A stretch of DNA of 64,000 nucleotides from contig OX597831.1 of NCBI GenBank assembly GCA_951406725.2, positions 70,928,001 through 70,992,000 of the forward strand, in the 5' to 3' direction. Every line of letters begins with the position of its first letter. The stretch's first letter is position 1. Below the pieces are notes generated by a model. It saw only the letters and a program-made list of their open reading frames with translations, searched no databases and was not told where the DNA came from. This DNA is from Octopus vulgaris. Lineage: Eukaryota. Shown here in pieces: positions 26,893-40,964 of the stretch. A program made the position numbers and the translations under genes.

Positions 26893-27088
26893 AATATAGG
26901 GAGAGTTTACGAAAAAGACAAAAACCGAAGACAGGTGGTGTACAAAACAAACAGATGTATTAGTATAATGCTCAGGAATAGAAAAAGTCTTTTACATTTC
27001 GAGCCTACGCTCTTCTACAGAAAGGGACACAGAAAAATCAAGGAGAGAAAAAAAAATGTGTGTAGTGGCTAACGATCTGTCATGGCGA
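26891..27088 (-). mobile_element. TA-flanked insert with hammerhead-like motif (26989-27024)
   Basis: cttt CTGTAGA A GAGC gtag GCTC GAAA tgT A aaag; homologous to 28197-28450. Confidence 0.65.
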
Positions 27089-27417
27089 TATATATATTTG
27101 TTTATTTACTCCAAAACCTCATGTGCTCTCATTATTTTATTGCATTTTCACCGAAGGCAGAGAAAAACACTATCATCTCATGCAAGAGCATTGATAATTG
27201 TTCAGGGATATACTTCTGTTAACATGAAATCATTGGTAGCCTAGTTAACCCACAAATAAAGTGTATATGTGTGTGTGTGTGTGTATACACACACTCACAC
27301 AGATACATACATACATACATACATACACACACTCATACAGATACATGCATACATACATACATGCATGCATGCATACATACATACATACATACATACATAC
27401 ATACATACATACATACA

Positions 27418-27448
<31 letters not shown>

Positions 27449-27925
27449 GAGACTACCCTACAAATGCTATTAAATTCCAAGGAAAATGTTCTGTTCCTAG
27501 CTGGGAACTTGTACTCTCGTAATTGGTGAGCAATTGGAAAAAAAAAAAAAACAAGATACAAACACATACATATTCTGGCACCCATGAATATACATATCTT
27601 TAAGATTCATATCTATTTTTATGACAGCATGTTTGTGCACTTCCATTCAGTGTAAGAAATATAGTATTTTTAATTGATTTATAACAATAGCTCTCCTAGG
27701 AGGAAATACAATACTTTTTCGTTGTTTTTTTCTTATATTCATATTATCTTCATATGTTTGTGTTTATGATTTTTATCTAGTACACATACACACACGCATA
27801 TATATGTATTTCATTTTAATAAATATATATTTAGAGATAAATATATGATAGATGTGGGAACGAATGTGTGCATGTTCTGTATATGTATGTACATAGATAT
27901 AAATGTGAATGTGTCTATGTGTATA

Positions 27926-27956
<31 letters not shown>

Positions 27957-28178
27957 CATCATCATCATCATCATCATCGTTTAACGTCCGCTTTCCATGC
28001 TAGCATGGGTTGGACGATTTTTACTGTGGGCTGGCGAACCAGATGGCTGCACCAGGCTCCAGTCTTGATTTGGCAGGTTTCTACAGCTTGATGCCTTTCC
28101 TAATGCCAACCACTCCGAGGTGTAGTGGGTGCTTTTACATGCCACCGGCACGGGGGCCAGTCAGGCGGTACTGGCAAC
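27957..28178 (-). mobile_element. Family B repeat
   Basis: (cat)n cgtttaacgtccgctttccatgctagcatggg...gtgctttttacatgccaccggc. Confidence 0.85.
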
Positions 28179-28196
28179 ATATATATATATATATAT

Positions 28197-28450
28197 AAGG
28201 GGAAGCTTTATGAAAATAGACAAAAGACGAAGGCAGGTTTACGGAAATAAACAAATGACGAAGGCAGGTGGAATACAAACAAACAATTGTATTAGTATGG
28301 CGCTCAGGAAATATAAATAAAACAAGTCTTTAACGTTTCGAGCCTACGCTCTTCAACAGAAAGATACACAGAGAAGAAACACAGAAAGAAGGAGAGAAAA
28401 AAAATGCGTGCAGAGGCTAGCGAATCAACATGGCGATCTGATTTCGGCCA
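28197..28450 (-). mobile_element. TA-flanked insert with hammerhead-like motif (28327-28364)
   Basis: tcttt CTGTTGA A GAGC gtag GCTC GAA ACGT T aaaga. Confidence 0.65.
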
Positions 28451-28519
28451 TATATATATATATATGCATGAATATATATGTATATATATATATACATATA
28501 TACATAAAATATATATATA

Positions 28520-28698
28520 TATGTATGTATGTATATATTTATGTATATATGTATGACAGTGGACATGAGTTAACATAAAATAAAAACAGTAATAAGTAAG
28601 TGAAGAAAAATATATAGTGTGTGTGTTTATTTGGTTAAAGGAAAAATGACCATACATACATATATACATACATACATATATATGTGTATGTATACATA

Positions 28699-28748
<50 letters not shown>

Positions 28749-28925
28749 TATATATATATACATATAATATATATATATGTATGTATGTATATATTTATGT
28801 ATATATGTATGACAGTGGACATGAGTTAACATGATAAAATAAAAACTAATAAATAAGTGAAGAAAATTATATAGTTTGTATGTTTATTTGGTTAAAGGAA
28901 AAAATGACCATACATACACATATAT
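28520..28925. repeat. Local direct duplication (~140-bp unit, ~255-bp spacing) separated by (TA)n
   Basis: gtatgacagtggacatgagttaacat...ttggttaaaggaaaaatgaccatacata occurs at ~28551 and ~28807. Confidence 0.85.
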
Positions 28926-29130
28926 GTGTGTATGTATACATACATGCATACGTACATATATACATATATTTATGCATACTTATAGGTTTTTTGTATATTT
29001 GCTTCTATATGTGCCTATATAGGTACATGTGTGTGTCTGTTAGCATGCGTGTGCATGTATAATACAAATATATATATATATATATATGTACATTCATATT
29101 CATGTCTATCCATGTTTTCGTATATATATG

Positions 29131-29177
<47 letters not shown>

Positions 29178-29556
29178 AAGACAGACAGAAGGAGCAGAGA
29201 ACAAAACCACATCTATCATTCCTATATACAAAATATGCAGCACACATACATGCACACAAGCACACACATGGACATAGATGCAGGGAGATGTGGAGCCCCT
29301 GCATTAGACTGTTGTTGCTTTCATTAATTGCATCTATTGCAATATTCTGTAATCAGCAAATCTTATCAGTTGTGGATCTCAACTATAACTCACTATGATT
29401 TATATTGTATATCAAATTCTTAAAGAGGAAAATATTTACAAAGACAATAGATATATATATATATGTATATATACATATATATATATGGATATTATATATG
29501 TATATATATATACTTAATTTATAGGTACATAGATATATACATATACATATATATAT

Positions 29557-29594
<38 letters not shown>

Positions 29595-29640
29595 ATGTGC
29601 CTATAAATTATGTGTATATATATAACACATACACAAATAT

Positions 29641-30521
29641 ACACTGGGTGTGGTGAATATATTATCATCTAAATTATGCAAAAATGAAAATAATACTGAC
29701 ATCTCATTTTGACAGATATATTTACCAAAATTACATTAAAATAGTTTGAAATATTAACGAGTAAATTTATTCAATAAAAATTGCCATTAGCTTCAACCAC
29801 AGCCTCCAGACGACCTCAGAATCTCCTGCAACTCTTCTGGATGGTCTCCTTGTTTAAGTTGGTGAATGCTGCCATAATCCTTGCCTTCATGTCATTTTCA
29901 GAGTTACAAGGGGTTTTGTTAGTCTCTCACCCCACTGCACCCCACACATAATAATCAACAGGGTTGTAGTCTGGGGAGTTAGATGGCCTGAATTTAGTGG
30001 TGATGGGGTCGCAGAAATTGTCTGATAGTCATGACTAGGTTCTCCTGCTTGTGTGGCATGGTACAGAGTCCTGTTGCCAGACATAGGTCTTTCAGCAGTA
30101 ACTCTCTTGACCCAGGGCAACACTAGCTCTTCCAGGCACTTGATGTAGGCCCTGTTTTGATTCTGAGGAGATGTGGGAAGATGAATGGGGGCATAACGTT
30201 GCCATCACTAGTGATCACTCCAAAAACCATGATGTTGACTGGAAGTTTGGTTTTTATTGCTCTCAGTATATATCCTCAGATTGCACTGTCCTCACATTGA
30301 CGCCCAAACATTCTGAAATCTTCATATTGGAGCTTCCAGCATGAATACCAAGCATGTCATTTCCAAATTTCTGGCAGAGTGAATTGCATCATGGTGGTGT
30401 TTTTCTCACAGACGGTACCCAACTGACCCTACTATAGTATGTAGTCAACAAAATCAAAAACAATGCACGTGCACAAAATTAAGAATATGAAATAGTTACA
30501 ATTTACCTATTGCATCCAGTG
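29641..30521 (-). mobile_element. Internally deleted DD37D (maT) Tc1/mariner transposon
   Basis: Decayed TIRs cactgggtg.../...catccagtg. Stitched translation IMVFGVITSDG...WQQDSVPCH...NSPDYNPVDYYVWG has 37 residues between the last two Asp; ends RLEAVVEANG. Confidence 0.8.
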
Positions 30522-30540
30522 TGTGTGCGTGTGTGTATTT

Positions 30541-31088
30541 AAAGATAAGTTAAATAGAGGGATAATATTGACAATCCAATAATTTATTTATATTATGATA
30601 TTGCATGGTATACTATGAATATAATATAACATAAACAATTATGAAAAACTAACAAATTGTTTCAACTTATATACATTTTCTAATATACATACACAATAAC
30701 AGTTCCCTTATGTATAAGTCACTTCAGGGTAATGGTTTAAAGATAGACGTTTTTTACAATCCAACCCTCCTTTCACACGGAATTTCGTCTATCTTTAAAC
30801 CCTTACCCTGAAGTGACTTATACATAAGGGAACTGTTATTGTGTACGTATATCAGAAAATGTATATAAGTCGAAACAATTAACAATATTATGTTATATTA
30901 TATTCATAGTATATCATGTAATATTATAATATAGATAAATTATTTGATTTTCAATAGTATCTCGCTATTTGATTTATTTTTGTAATTGCATTATATCAAT
31001 ATTTATATGGTATTCAACTGATGTATCAGTGAACTGGATGTTTAACACACTCCTTTGAAGGATCTCTTTTCTTCAGTTTTCTACTTTA
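30541..31088. mobile_element. Large fold-back element (~200-bp arms) with long-stem hammerhead-like motif
   Basis: 30541-30749 inverted against 30786-~30985; CTGAAGT gacttatacat...atgtatataagtc GAAAC at 30808-30876; right flank homologous to 16353-16548. Confidence 0.7.
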
Positions 31089-31176
31089 TATATATATATA
31101 TATATATATATACAAACACAGAGAGAGAGATGCGTACATACATACATATATATAAATAAATATAAATACAAGTAAA

Positions 31177-31246
<70 letters not shown>

Positions 31247-31992
31247 TATGCATTATACACAAAAGGAGGAATTTCGATTATCCCCACGTGGTGAGTTATA
31301 ATGCAAAATATATATAAAAATAAAAGAAGGAAAATGCACACACTTTAACATAGTTTTAATATATCTTTTAATATATTTTATATTGCGTTTGTCTACCAGT
31401 TTCACTTTTGCTAATCATGACAATGAAATTATTGTAATTTTGTATTTTCTTAAGAAGATTTTAGTCCATGTTGTGTGTGTAGAAGTTTAGGAATGAATTA
31501 TTCAACAAATAGAAAAATCTAAGGGGTGGTAATTGGTGATTGTTATTATTGGGAACAGGGGAGGTAATTATTCATCTTTTGGGGAGGGGATAAATATGCA
31601 AAAATACAAAAGTAGTGAGAAGAAACATGTACAGTCACGGGTATGTGATCATGAATTAAAATATACGCTGAGATCAAAGTTGGTTATACGTTCATATTTA
31701 GACATGTTCTGTATTTTCCGATGGACATTTTTTTTTTATTTAAATGTTCTTGTATAGAAATTGTTTCTTTGGACTGGTAGATGGGGAAAACTGTGAGTTT
31801 TGGTTAGATACTACCTGCACATCTCTTTATGTGTTCATAAAATATATGATTATGCAGATATATATATATATAAATATATCTGTATAAATACACATAAACA
31901 AATATAAATAAATATAGATATGTGTGCATGTGTTTGTGTGTGTGTGTGTGTGTTTGTGTGTGTGTTTGTGTGTGTGTTTGTGTGTGTGTTTG

Positions 31993-32028
<36 letters not shown>

Positions 32029-32545
32029 TATTCCCACTTTCTCACTGTAATTGATATTTACCCTGCTCGAATATATATTGTAGCTACTGATTTGAAGCAA
32101 ATCTAAAACAGATTTGTTGTATTTTAAAGTTTGATGTTTGTTAACTTAATTATGTGTAGTTGCAGCTGTTGCTATTAATATTCTATTGTTATTGTTGACA
32201 AAGATGTAATAGTTATCATTGTCGTGGTTACTCTTTGTCTAGTTTCTATTGCTAGCAGCATTTTTGCTGATGCTATAATTATTGTTCTTGTTGCCATTTA
32301 TGCAGCTGAGAGTCTTCATTTACAATGTAGTCCATAATAGAGCTACTCTAGCTTGACAGTGTCTGTGAAGCTTCTGCTTGCTCACCTTCATTTGCCAACA
32401 GCAAGCAAGCTGACACTTTGAAGTCACTATCAACTTTTTTCCTTGTAAAAATTTATTAAACGTTTATTAAACTCTACTAAAATTATTAAGGAATCCTCCA
32501 GTGCCCTGTTAATTTTTTAAATAACTGACAATAATATGCACAATC

Positions 32546-32585
<40 letters not shown>

Positions 32586-32761
32586 ACACACTCACACACA
32601 CACATAAAGGAAATAGCGATATTTTGAAATCTATCTTTTTAATATGTACATTTCAGGTTTGTGTAAAACAATGATAGGAAATGCATTATGTTAACCTTCC
32701 TCAAGTAAAGTTTCAAAATAGAAAGAAACTGCTGGAAAAATTTCAATATATATATATGTTA

Positions 32762-33006
32762 CAGAGATGTACTTGCATAGCAAGTGATTTGATCTGAGAT
32801 CGTGTGCTGGAACGAAAACAATTGCAGCGTGGAAGGTGTTTGTAAGCCATTTAAGAAACACACAAAAGCCGTTTGATTCACTTCAACATTTAAGTTATAG
32901 CGACGAAAATATTTTGACAAATTAAACTTAAATGTTGAAGTGAATCTAACGGCTTTTGTGTGTTACTTAAATGGCTTACAAACACCTTCCACGCTGCAAT
33001 TGTTTT
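32762..33006. mobile_element. Second copy of the 10541 fold-back family, centre deleted, in (TA)n
   Basis: gagatgtacttgcatagcaagtga...caattgcagcgtggaaggtg, inverted arm ending gctgcaattg; retains gcgacGAAAatattttgacaaa. Confidence 0.85.
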
Positions 33007-33169
33007 TATATATATATGGCTAGTCCAATAAGTTGGCCACTAAGTTATGAGGACAGATAGGTATACAAAGGGTGAGAGAGAAACAGAGAGAGAGAGAGGG
33101 GGGAAGAGAGAGAAAGGAAAGAGGAAAAAGGTAAAGAAGAATGTGTCTTGAGTGATTTCCATGCGGATT

Positions 33170-33560
33170 GCTTGTGATGCCCCTCCAGTACCTTGGGGAT
33201 GAATTTTACCAACACTCTCTACACCCACATATCCTCTTCTAAAAGGGACTGCACGAATTTTGTGTTTATTCCCACTTCGTAAGCAATTTCCTGGATTGTT
33301 ATATGACAGTCTTCCATGACTATTCACCAAACCCTCTCAATTGGTTCTCTGTTGTAGCTTGTGGATGGCCTGGCTGAGCATGCCTTGCTTTCTACTGAGA
33401 TGCAACTATGTTTCAAGCAGTTGTATCACTCCTTGATCTGAGTTTTACCCTTGGCATCATTGTCAAAAGCCTGCAGAATATCCAGGATGGTTTGAGCTTG
33501 AGTGTCACCAAGCTTTTGGCAAAACTTGAAACAATATCCCTGCTTGATGCAGTCTGTCAT
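33170..33560 (-). mobile_element. Decayed mariner transposase N-terminus
   Basis: MTDCIKQGYCFKFCQKLGDTQAQTI...RPSTS...MEDCHITIQEIAYEVGI...KFIPKVL. Confidence 0.75.
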
Positions 33561-33867
33561 CTTGCATGAAGATCAAAATCTCACGATTGCATGCTGCACA
33601 TCAGTACTCTAGCTATTCTTCCATCTTGTTGCATTGTGTTCTTGGGCAAAACTCTCACATTGCTCTGCAATCACATTGAAACCTGATATGTGTACCTGTT
33701 CAGGCAACATCGATATGATGGAGGGAGTGAACTAATGTATGGCACATGTTTGATCCCTATAAGCAAGTCATTTGTGCAGGTCATTTGGCAAATTTTTTTA
33801 ATGATTGAGTCCGAGTCCAATATATATATATATATATATATATACATACACATATATATATATATGT

Positions 33868-34112
33868 ATCATCATCATCATCATCATTTAGCGTCCGCTT
33901 TCCATGCTATCATGGGTTGGACGGTTCAACTGGGGTCTGGGAAGCCAGAAGGCTGCATCAGGCCCAGTCTGATCTGGCAGTGTTTCTACGGCTGGATGCC
34001 CTTCCTGACGCCAACCACTCTGTGAGTGTAGTGGGTGCTTTTTACGTGCCACCCGCACAGGTGCCAGATGGAGCTGGCAAACGGCTACGGACGGATGGTG
34101 CTTTTTACGTGA
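33868..34112 (-). mobile_element. Family B repeat
   Basis: Near-identical to 7754-8063. Confidence 0.85.
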
Positions 34113-34128
34113 CCTATATATATATATA

Positions 34129-34181
<53 letters not shown>

Positions 34182-34340
34182 ATATATAACAAAAAATACA
34201 TATAGAGAAAATTACATTTATATTATAGAATTCACCATAATGTTGACAACTGTTTCAATTGTATCAATTCATGTCCGAATACACACACACACACATATAT
34301 ATACATACATACACACACACACACATATACACACACATAT

Positions 34341-34391
<51 letters not shown>

Positions 34392-34436
34392 CATATGTAC
34401 ATATATATATTATATAGTTATACATATTATATAGTT

Positions 34437-34692
<256 letters not shown>

Positions 34693-35146
34693 ATTGTATT
34701 ACTTTATTTAATTTGGTTAAATTGAAGATTTCTTTCAAATTCAATATATGATACAAATATAATTTTACATTCTTTTGTTCCATACCCATCACAACAACTG
34801 TTTCAACTTACACAAGATACTTTCAAGTGCAACATATGAGTTTTGAAAATATTTTCATACAACAATGCTGTTTGATCTTTTAGCCATTGCTCCCCTTAAA
34901 TCAAAAATATTATAATGATGTTTGTTCATCAATAAAAAATATAAAATTTCCAAAAACCAAAAAGATTTAGAAGCGTATCTATATATATATGCATGTATAT
35001 ATATGCATGTATATATTTGCATGTATATATTTGCATGTATATATATGCATGTATATATTTGCATGTATATATGTGTGTACATGCATGCATCATATGTAAA
35101 TGCACATATACATTTATAGAGAATGACAGGTAGATTGATATACATA

Positions 35147-35445
35147 TCAAGATATATATAAAAGTGAAGTTGTGTGTCTGTCTCCTACGATTTAGATTTC
35201 TAACTACTCCCACATTTTGCAGTGCAGTTTAACCAAAAGCAGGTATGTTATAGTCGGGATTCATATCGAGCCCTTCTGGGTATTAGCGCGTGTCTACGAT
35301 GAGTCTACGATTTAAAAAAAAAATTACCGTCATTTTTTCCCATTTTTAATGCATTTTTGCTATTACATAAGGGAAGTAACTCTCTAAAAATGCTTATATA
35401 GTTATTTCCCTTACAAACCCGAGCAACGCCGGGCAATACTGCTAG
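35147..35445 (+). mobile_element. Non-autonomous Helitron
   Basis: A|TC start, subterminal hairpin cccgagcaacgccggg, CTAG|T end; homologous to 62195-62584. Confidence 0.85.
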
Positions 35446-35768
35446 TCAAGATATAAAGAGATAAATAGACTTATATAAAGGGAGGCAGAGAATTAGGCAA
35501 CCATACAGACAAACAGATATACGTGCTTCCTTTAACAGTGTGTTCAGAATTACATTTCTTATGATAGAGTATTGAGAAAAATGCTCTTGATTATTCAGTT
35601 GCTACTGTGAAACTTTAAGCAATTCAAAACTGGATGAAAGGGAAAATACAAATAAAAAAAATTCAAGATGTTTTGAGCACTATTTTCTTGCTCAGTCTGT
35701 CTATCTGTCTGTCTCACTTTATCTCTCTCTCTTTTCTTCTCCTCTTTCTCTGTCTCTCTCTTTTACTT

Positions 35769-35842
<74 letters not shown>

Positions 35843-35859
35843 AAGTAAAAGAGAGAGAC

Positions 35860-35929
<70 letters not shown>

Positions 35930-36813
35930 GTAAAAGAGAGAGACAGATACATACATGTATATATACACATGCATATCTATAAATATACACGTACATCTCT
36001 ATATATACATCTCTCTTTCTCTCTCTATATATATAAACATACATACATCTCTATATATGCATATTGTGTTCAACATTTTTTCGATGTCATGTACCCATAT
36101 ATGCATGTATATATACATATAGATGTAGGTATGTACATATATGTATATATGCATATATTTATATATTATTTATATTATTTTATGATTGAACGCCTCGCAT
36201 CCTTTTCCAAGTAAATATACATATACATATATATACATACTTACATACATTCATACATACATACATACATACATATATATACACACATCTGTATCTATAT
36301 GCATATATATATATACACACACACACACACATACATACATGCATACATACATGCATACATACATACATACATACATACAGACAGACACGCATACATGCAT
36401 ACATTCATACATATATGTGTGTTTGTCCATGTATTTCACTGAAAATTTAAGCATGTTTGTGTAATTGTTGTATATCATTAGAAAAGCAAGGTTTGTTTAG
36501 ATAAGAATTGAGATTGAATTAATTGTTCTTCTCAAGCAAAGAAGCCGGTATCTATACAATAATTAGCTTCCAAAGATAAAAGAAACTGTACAACAGGGAT
36601 TCTAGCAATGAATGATGATTCGCTGATGATATGTTCATTCACTTGTGTGGCTGGAAATGAAAAAAAGGTGTTATATAATTAAGTTTTCATCAATTCAGTG
36701 ATAAAGAAATTAAATCAATGAATGGGTATTTAGCGAAGTAGTAAACAGGAAAATTGAATGGAATATGTATTACAGAAGGTTAGAATACAGAAATTTGTTT
36801 GTTTGTGTGTGTT

Positions 36814-36853
<40 letters not shown>

Positions 36854-37032
36854 TGGGTGTCTGTCCGTGTGATGAGTGAATAAAAACAAAAAAGAACACA
36901 AAAGGGACAATTTACAACATAGGTGTTATTAATCTGGAAAAGAAAAGAATCTTTAACATATGTGTGTGTGTGTGTGAACATGCACACACATACACTCACA
37001 CACACATGTACATGTATACATGTGTGCACACA

Positions 37033-37070
<38 letters not shown>

Positions 37071-37220
37071 AATTGTACATATAGGAGAAACACGTAAGAT
37101 ATCTCCTGTTGCAAATTCTTCAGACAAAGAACCAAATAATACATTATTTGTATGATTTGATTCTCTGTCTGAAGAATTTCTAACAAGAGACATCTTACAT
37201 ATTTCTCATGTATGTACAAC
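37071..37220. repeat. Imperfect ~150-bp palindrome
   Basis: gtaagatatctcctgttgcaaattcttcagacaaagaaccaaataataca pairs with tgtatgatttgattctctgtctgaagaatttctaacaagagacatcttac. Confidence 0.8.
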
Positions 37221-37733
37221 TTTGTAACTCCTGTTAGCAAGTAAAACATGTGTGGTGATAAATAATTAAAATTAAAAACAACATTTTCCAATCTTCTGTT
37301 TTGATATATAATTACTCTGCAAAAAATATTTCCCAAACTGTTCAACTTTTATGTATATCTTACACAATTATAACATCTACATAGGAATTTGGAATACAAG
37401 AAAAGGCAGAAGGGCTTCAAGAGGAGACAACTTGGATTTGTACCCTATCTATATTACACACACACACACACACACATATATATAGATATATATATACTGT
37501 TGTGTCTGGGGAGAGACATTTTCTTTTTGTGCCATATAATTAGGCTTATAATATGCTTCAACACACGAACTCATATAAAGAATCAGGCAAGCCAAATCCA
37601 AAAACGAAATATATATATATATATATATATCTGGCCTGCTCGCTTAGCCAGTGGGGTGGTGTCATTCAAAGGCTAAAACAATGCGAATGCATTGTGACCA
37701 GCGACATCTGATAAAAAATATATATATATAAAA

Positions 37734-37775
<42 letters not shown>

Positions 37776-38342
37776 TTATATATTATATATATATATATGT
37801 GTATATATGTATATCTATACATATATATATATATTAGTGGGGTGGATCTAAATTCACTTGTTTCTATCTTCTGCCTTCCAAACTCCTCTATGCTTCAATC
37901 CACTTGTCCATCATCCTTCATTATATCAATGCAAACAACTCCACTTTGATCTCATCTATTTTTTGCATCAACACAGCTGGTAGAGTGTGAGCCATTGGCT
38001 TTTCTTAACTACTTGCACCATTCAGTCTCCTAGGCACACATCCCTCGTACTACAAAATGCAAGACACTTTGAATAACGTAATTGTGCATAAGCAATATTT
38101 CCCTAAGAAGAAAAGCTTGGTCATGGTCAAAAACCATTTGATCTTTTGTAAGGTCTGACCTGGATCAAGATATCAACTGCTACAACAAAACAATATCCAG
38201 CTTCTTGCAATACAGGTAAAGAATACTGCTACAACTCAATGCTTTCACATTAAAACTTTAAATTATTTTATTTTGGTACAACGTTACAAATCTCTATGAG
38301 AGAAGCACTGTATATAATTGGCATAACACTACTAACATACGT

Positions 38343-38726
38343 GGAGGCGCAATGGCCCAGTGGTTAGGGCAGCGGACTCACGGTCGTAAGATCGCGGTTT
38401 TGATTCTCAGGCCGGGCATTGTGAGTGTTTATTGAGCGAAAACACCTAAAAGCTCCACGAGGCTCCAGCAGGGATGGTGGTGATCCCTGCTGTACTCTTT
38501 CACCACAACTTTCTCTCACTCTTACTTCCTGTTTCTGTTGTACCTGTATTTCAAAGGGCCAACCTTGTCACTATCTGTGTCACACTGAATATCCCCGAGA
38601 ACTACGTTAAGGGTACACGTATCTGTGGAGTGCTCAGCTACTTACACGTTAATTTCACGAGCAGGCTGTTCCGTTGATCGGATCAACCGGAACCCTCGTC
38701 GTCGTAACCGACGGAGTGCTTCCACC
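38343..38726 (+). mobile_element. tRNA-derived SINE family D, full length, with 12-bp TSD
   Basis: A-box-like TGGCCCAGTGG and B-box-like GGTTTTGATTC; TSD actaacatacgt at 38331-38342 and 38727-38738. Confidence 0.9.
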
Positions 38727-40177
38727 ACTAACATACGTAAAAGTATTTTATTGGCTTTGGTACCATAAATAGCAATGTTCCCTCTGGTAGAATTTGAACT
38801 CAGAAAGTGAAGAAGCAAAGCTGAAAAAAATGAAAGGTATTTTTTTTCAAAATCCTCTATTGCGACCTATTTCTGCCACTTCATTGCCTTTCTTCAAATA
38901 TAGCAAACAAAAACAAAGCATTTAAAAAGGAAAGTTTTATAAATTTTCCTGATAAATCAGCCTCTGCATAAGTAGCTTCTGCATAATGGTTGGCAAGAAT
39001 TATGCCATAATTAGGTCTTTTGTCTCTTTCTTTCCTACGAGAATAGCAATTCTTTCAAGTTAATGAAAATGGAATTACCATTTTGCTTTCATATGAATTT
39101 TCCAATTGGGAAATATTTCTTTTTATTAATGTTTATTCATTGATTGTAAAATTATGCAAGTTGGAGGCAGAGTAAAGGATGAAGGAAGGTTTATTTCACT
39201 TAGTAGCCATCATTTTCTTGGCAAATTGTTTAAATAAGAAACGGTTGTGTACTGAAGTTTAATTTAGAACTAGACTTGATTACTTTACTTTGTTTAGCTT
39301 AAAGCATTGTCACATTTATCATTATAACAACAATAAATGCTCTGCGTATGTGTATGTGTGTGCGTTTGCCACAAACAAATTAGGTTTTCTACATTGGGTA
39401 GAGTTCCAAGTAAGTGAGACAGATAAGTGCAAATCTAAACTCTCTTGTTTAAGTGAAAATCTCTAAGTGAATAATGATTTCTCCACAGCCTTATAATAAT
39501 AGCTACAATAAGGCATTGACCAAGCAGCCAAATAAGGAAAAGATTTTATCTGTATGATAGGAGCAGAATAGCTAAATGAATAGGGTATAAGATTTTCTAT
39601 TGACATGTCTAATCTGGCATTTATTCAAAGATGGCTTGGTTAGCTTGAATGTTTAGTATAGGCAACAATTTGCACAAGATTGCAATTAATGACAATCTAT
39701 CAAGTATACAACTTTTCTCATTTGTTTAATATAGTGAAACTGAAGATAAGTGTTAACACTTTAAAATCTTTCATGGCTTTGGAGGTGTTAGATGACCAGC
39801 AATGCACTGTGCCTACATACTTAAATGCTTTAAATACTTAAAGGCCCAGCCAAGCCGGAGTTACAGGTAGCTACCACAGAATTATGGCTCACCATACAGA
39901 AATATCTTCATTTCAGAAGTAGACTGTATATTAGAAAACGACATGTACAGGCTGACATACTGGTTCTTTTTCAATAAAACACTGAATGATGAACCAGTAA
40001 TGGACATTGGTAGGGTTGCTCAACCTGCTCATAATAACAGCTACTGGGATCACTGGGTATTTCAGATCTTAAAACATACACCCACATTCAATTGACCCAA
40101 CATAGGTTGACCAAACTCATGTCCATGCCAAAGCAGCATTCTACTAACCACCACCAAACGTCACTTCTTAACCAGAT

Positions 40178-40554
40178 CAGTGATTCTCAGCAGGAATCCA
40201 TATGGGGCCCTTGGGAGTTCATACAAGATTTTATTGTTAAAATTTGTGCACAATAGCTAACTTATATATCATCATCATACATCTGTTTTCCGTGTTGGCA
40301 TGGGTTGGACAGTTTGATAGGAATTGGCCAGCCAGAGAGCTATTCAGACTCCAATTGTCTGTTTTGGCATGGTTTCTACTGCTGGATGTCCTTCCTAATG
40401 CCATATGTATATTTTTAATACAATTCCTAATAATATTTAATTATAAAAATACAGAAGGAATTTTTTTATATTCACCGACTGGATATGGTGATCCAGTAGA
40501 GTAAAATAGGAATCAAAAAGATCCATTGGAGAAAAAAAATGTTGAGAACCACTG
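40178..40554. mobile_element. hAT (Charlie-like) MITE containing a family B fragment
   Basis: TIRs cagtgattctca/tgagaaccactg; 8-bp TSD aaccagat/atctagat (6/8); homologous to 53492-53839. Confidence 0.75.
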
Positions 40555-40964
40555 ATCTAGATACTTTCTCAGCAGCCTTTGTGTTGTTCTTGTTGGCATT
40601 TCTTCTGCTCATTCTCTGATGACCAGGGTTCCATAAGCTTTACTCAGGATACGACCTACAAACCCTTGACTGCTAACCTGCCCTGGCACCCTTCTCATTC
40701 TCTGCCCATCTTTGTGGGAGTCCTTTCTCATCTCCTGATTACTGAATATCTTTTTCTGGTGACGAATAGACTTGAAAATGAATAACAAAACCTTGTAAAT
40801 CAATGATCTTACAGCTGCTAAATTCATGGGATTAGGTAAACGAGGGATTATCCATTTTGTTACAGACAACATTGCCATAAATACAGAAATTGTTTCTCAG
40901 CACTAATGTAGAATTCACTGAAAAATACATGTTTATAGGAGAAACACAAATTGAAAATGACATA

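Noticed and set aside
38343-38420. tRNA gene (also 61546-61625 and family A heads)
   Set aside because: No convincing cloverleaf; it continues into a shared ~300-bp body with TSDs, so it is a SINE head.
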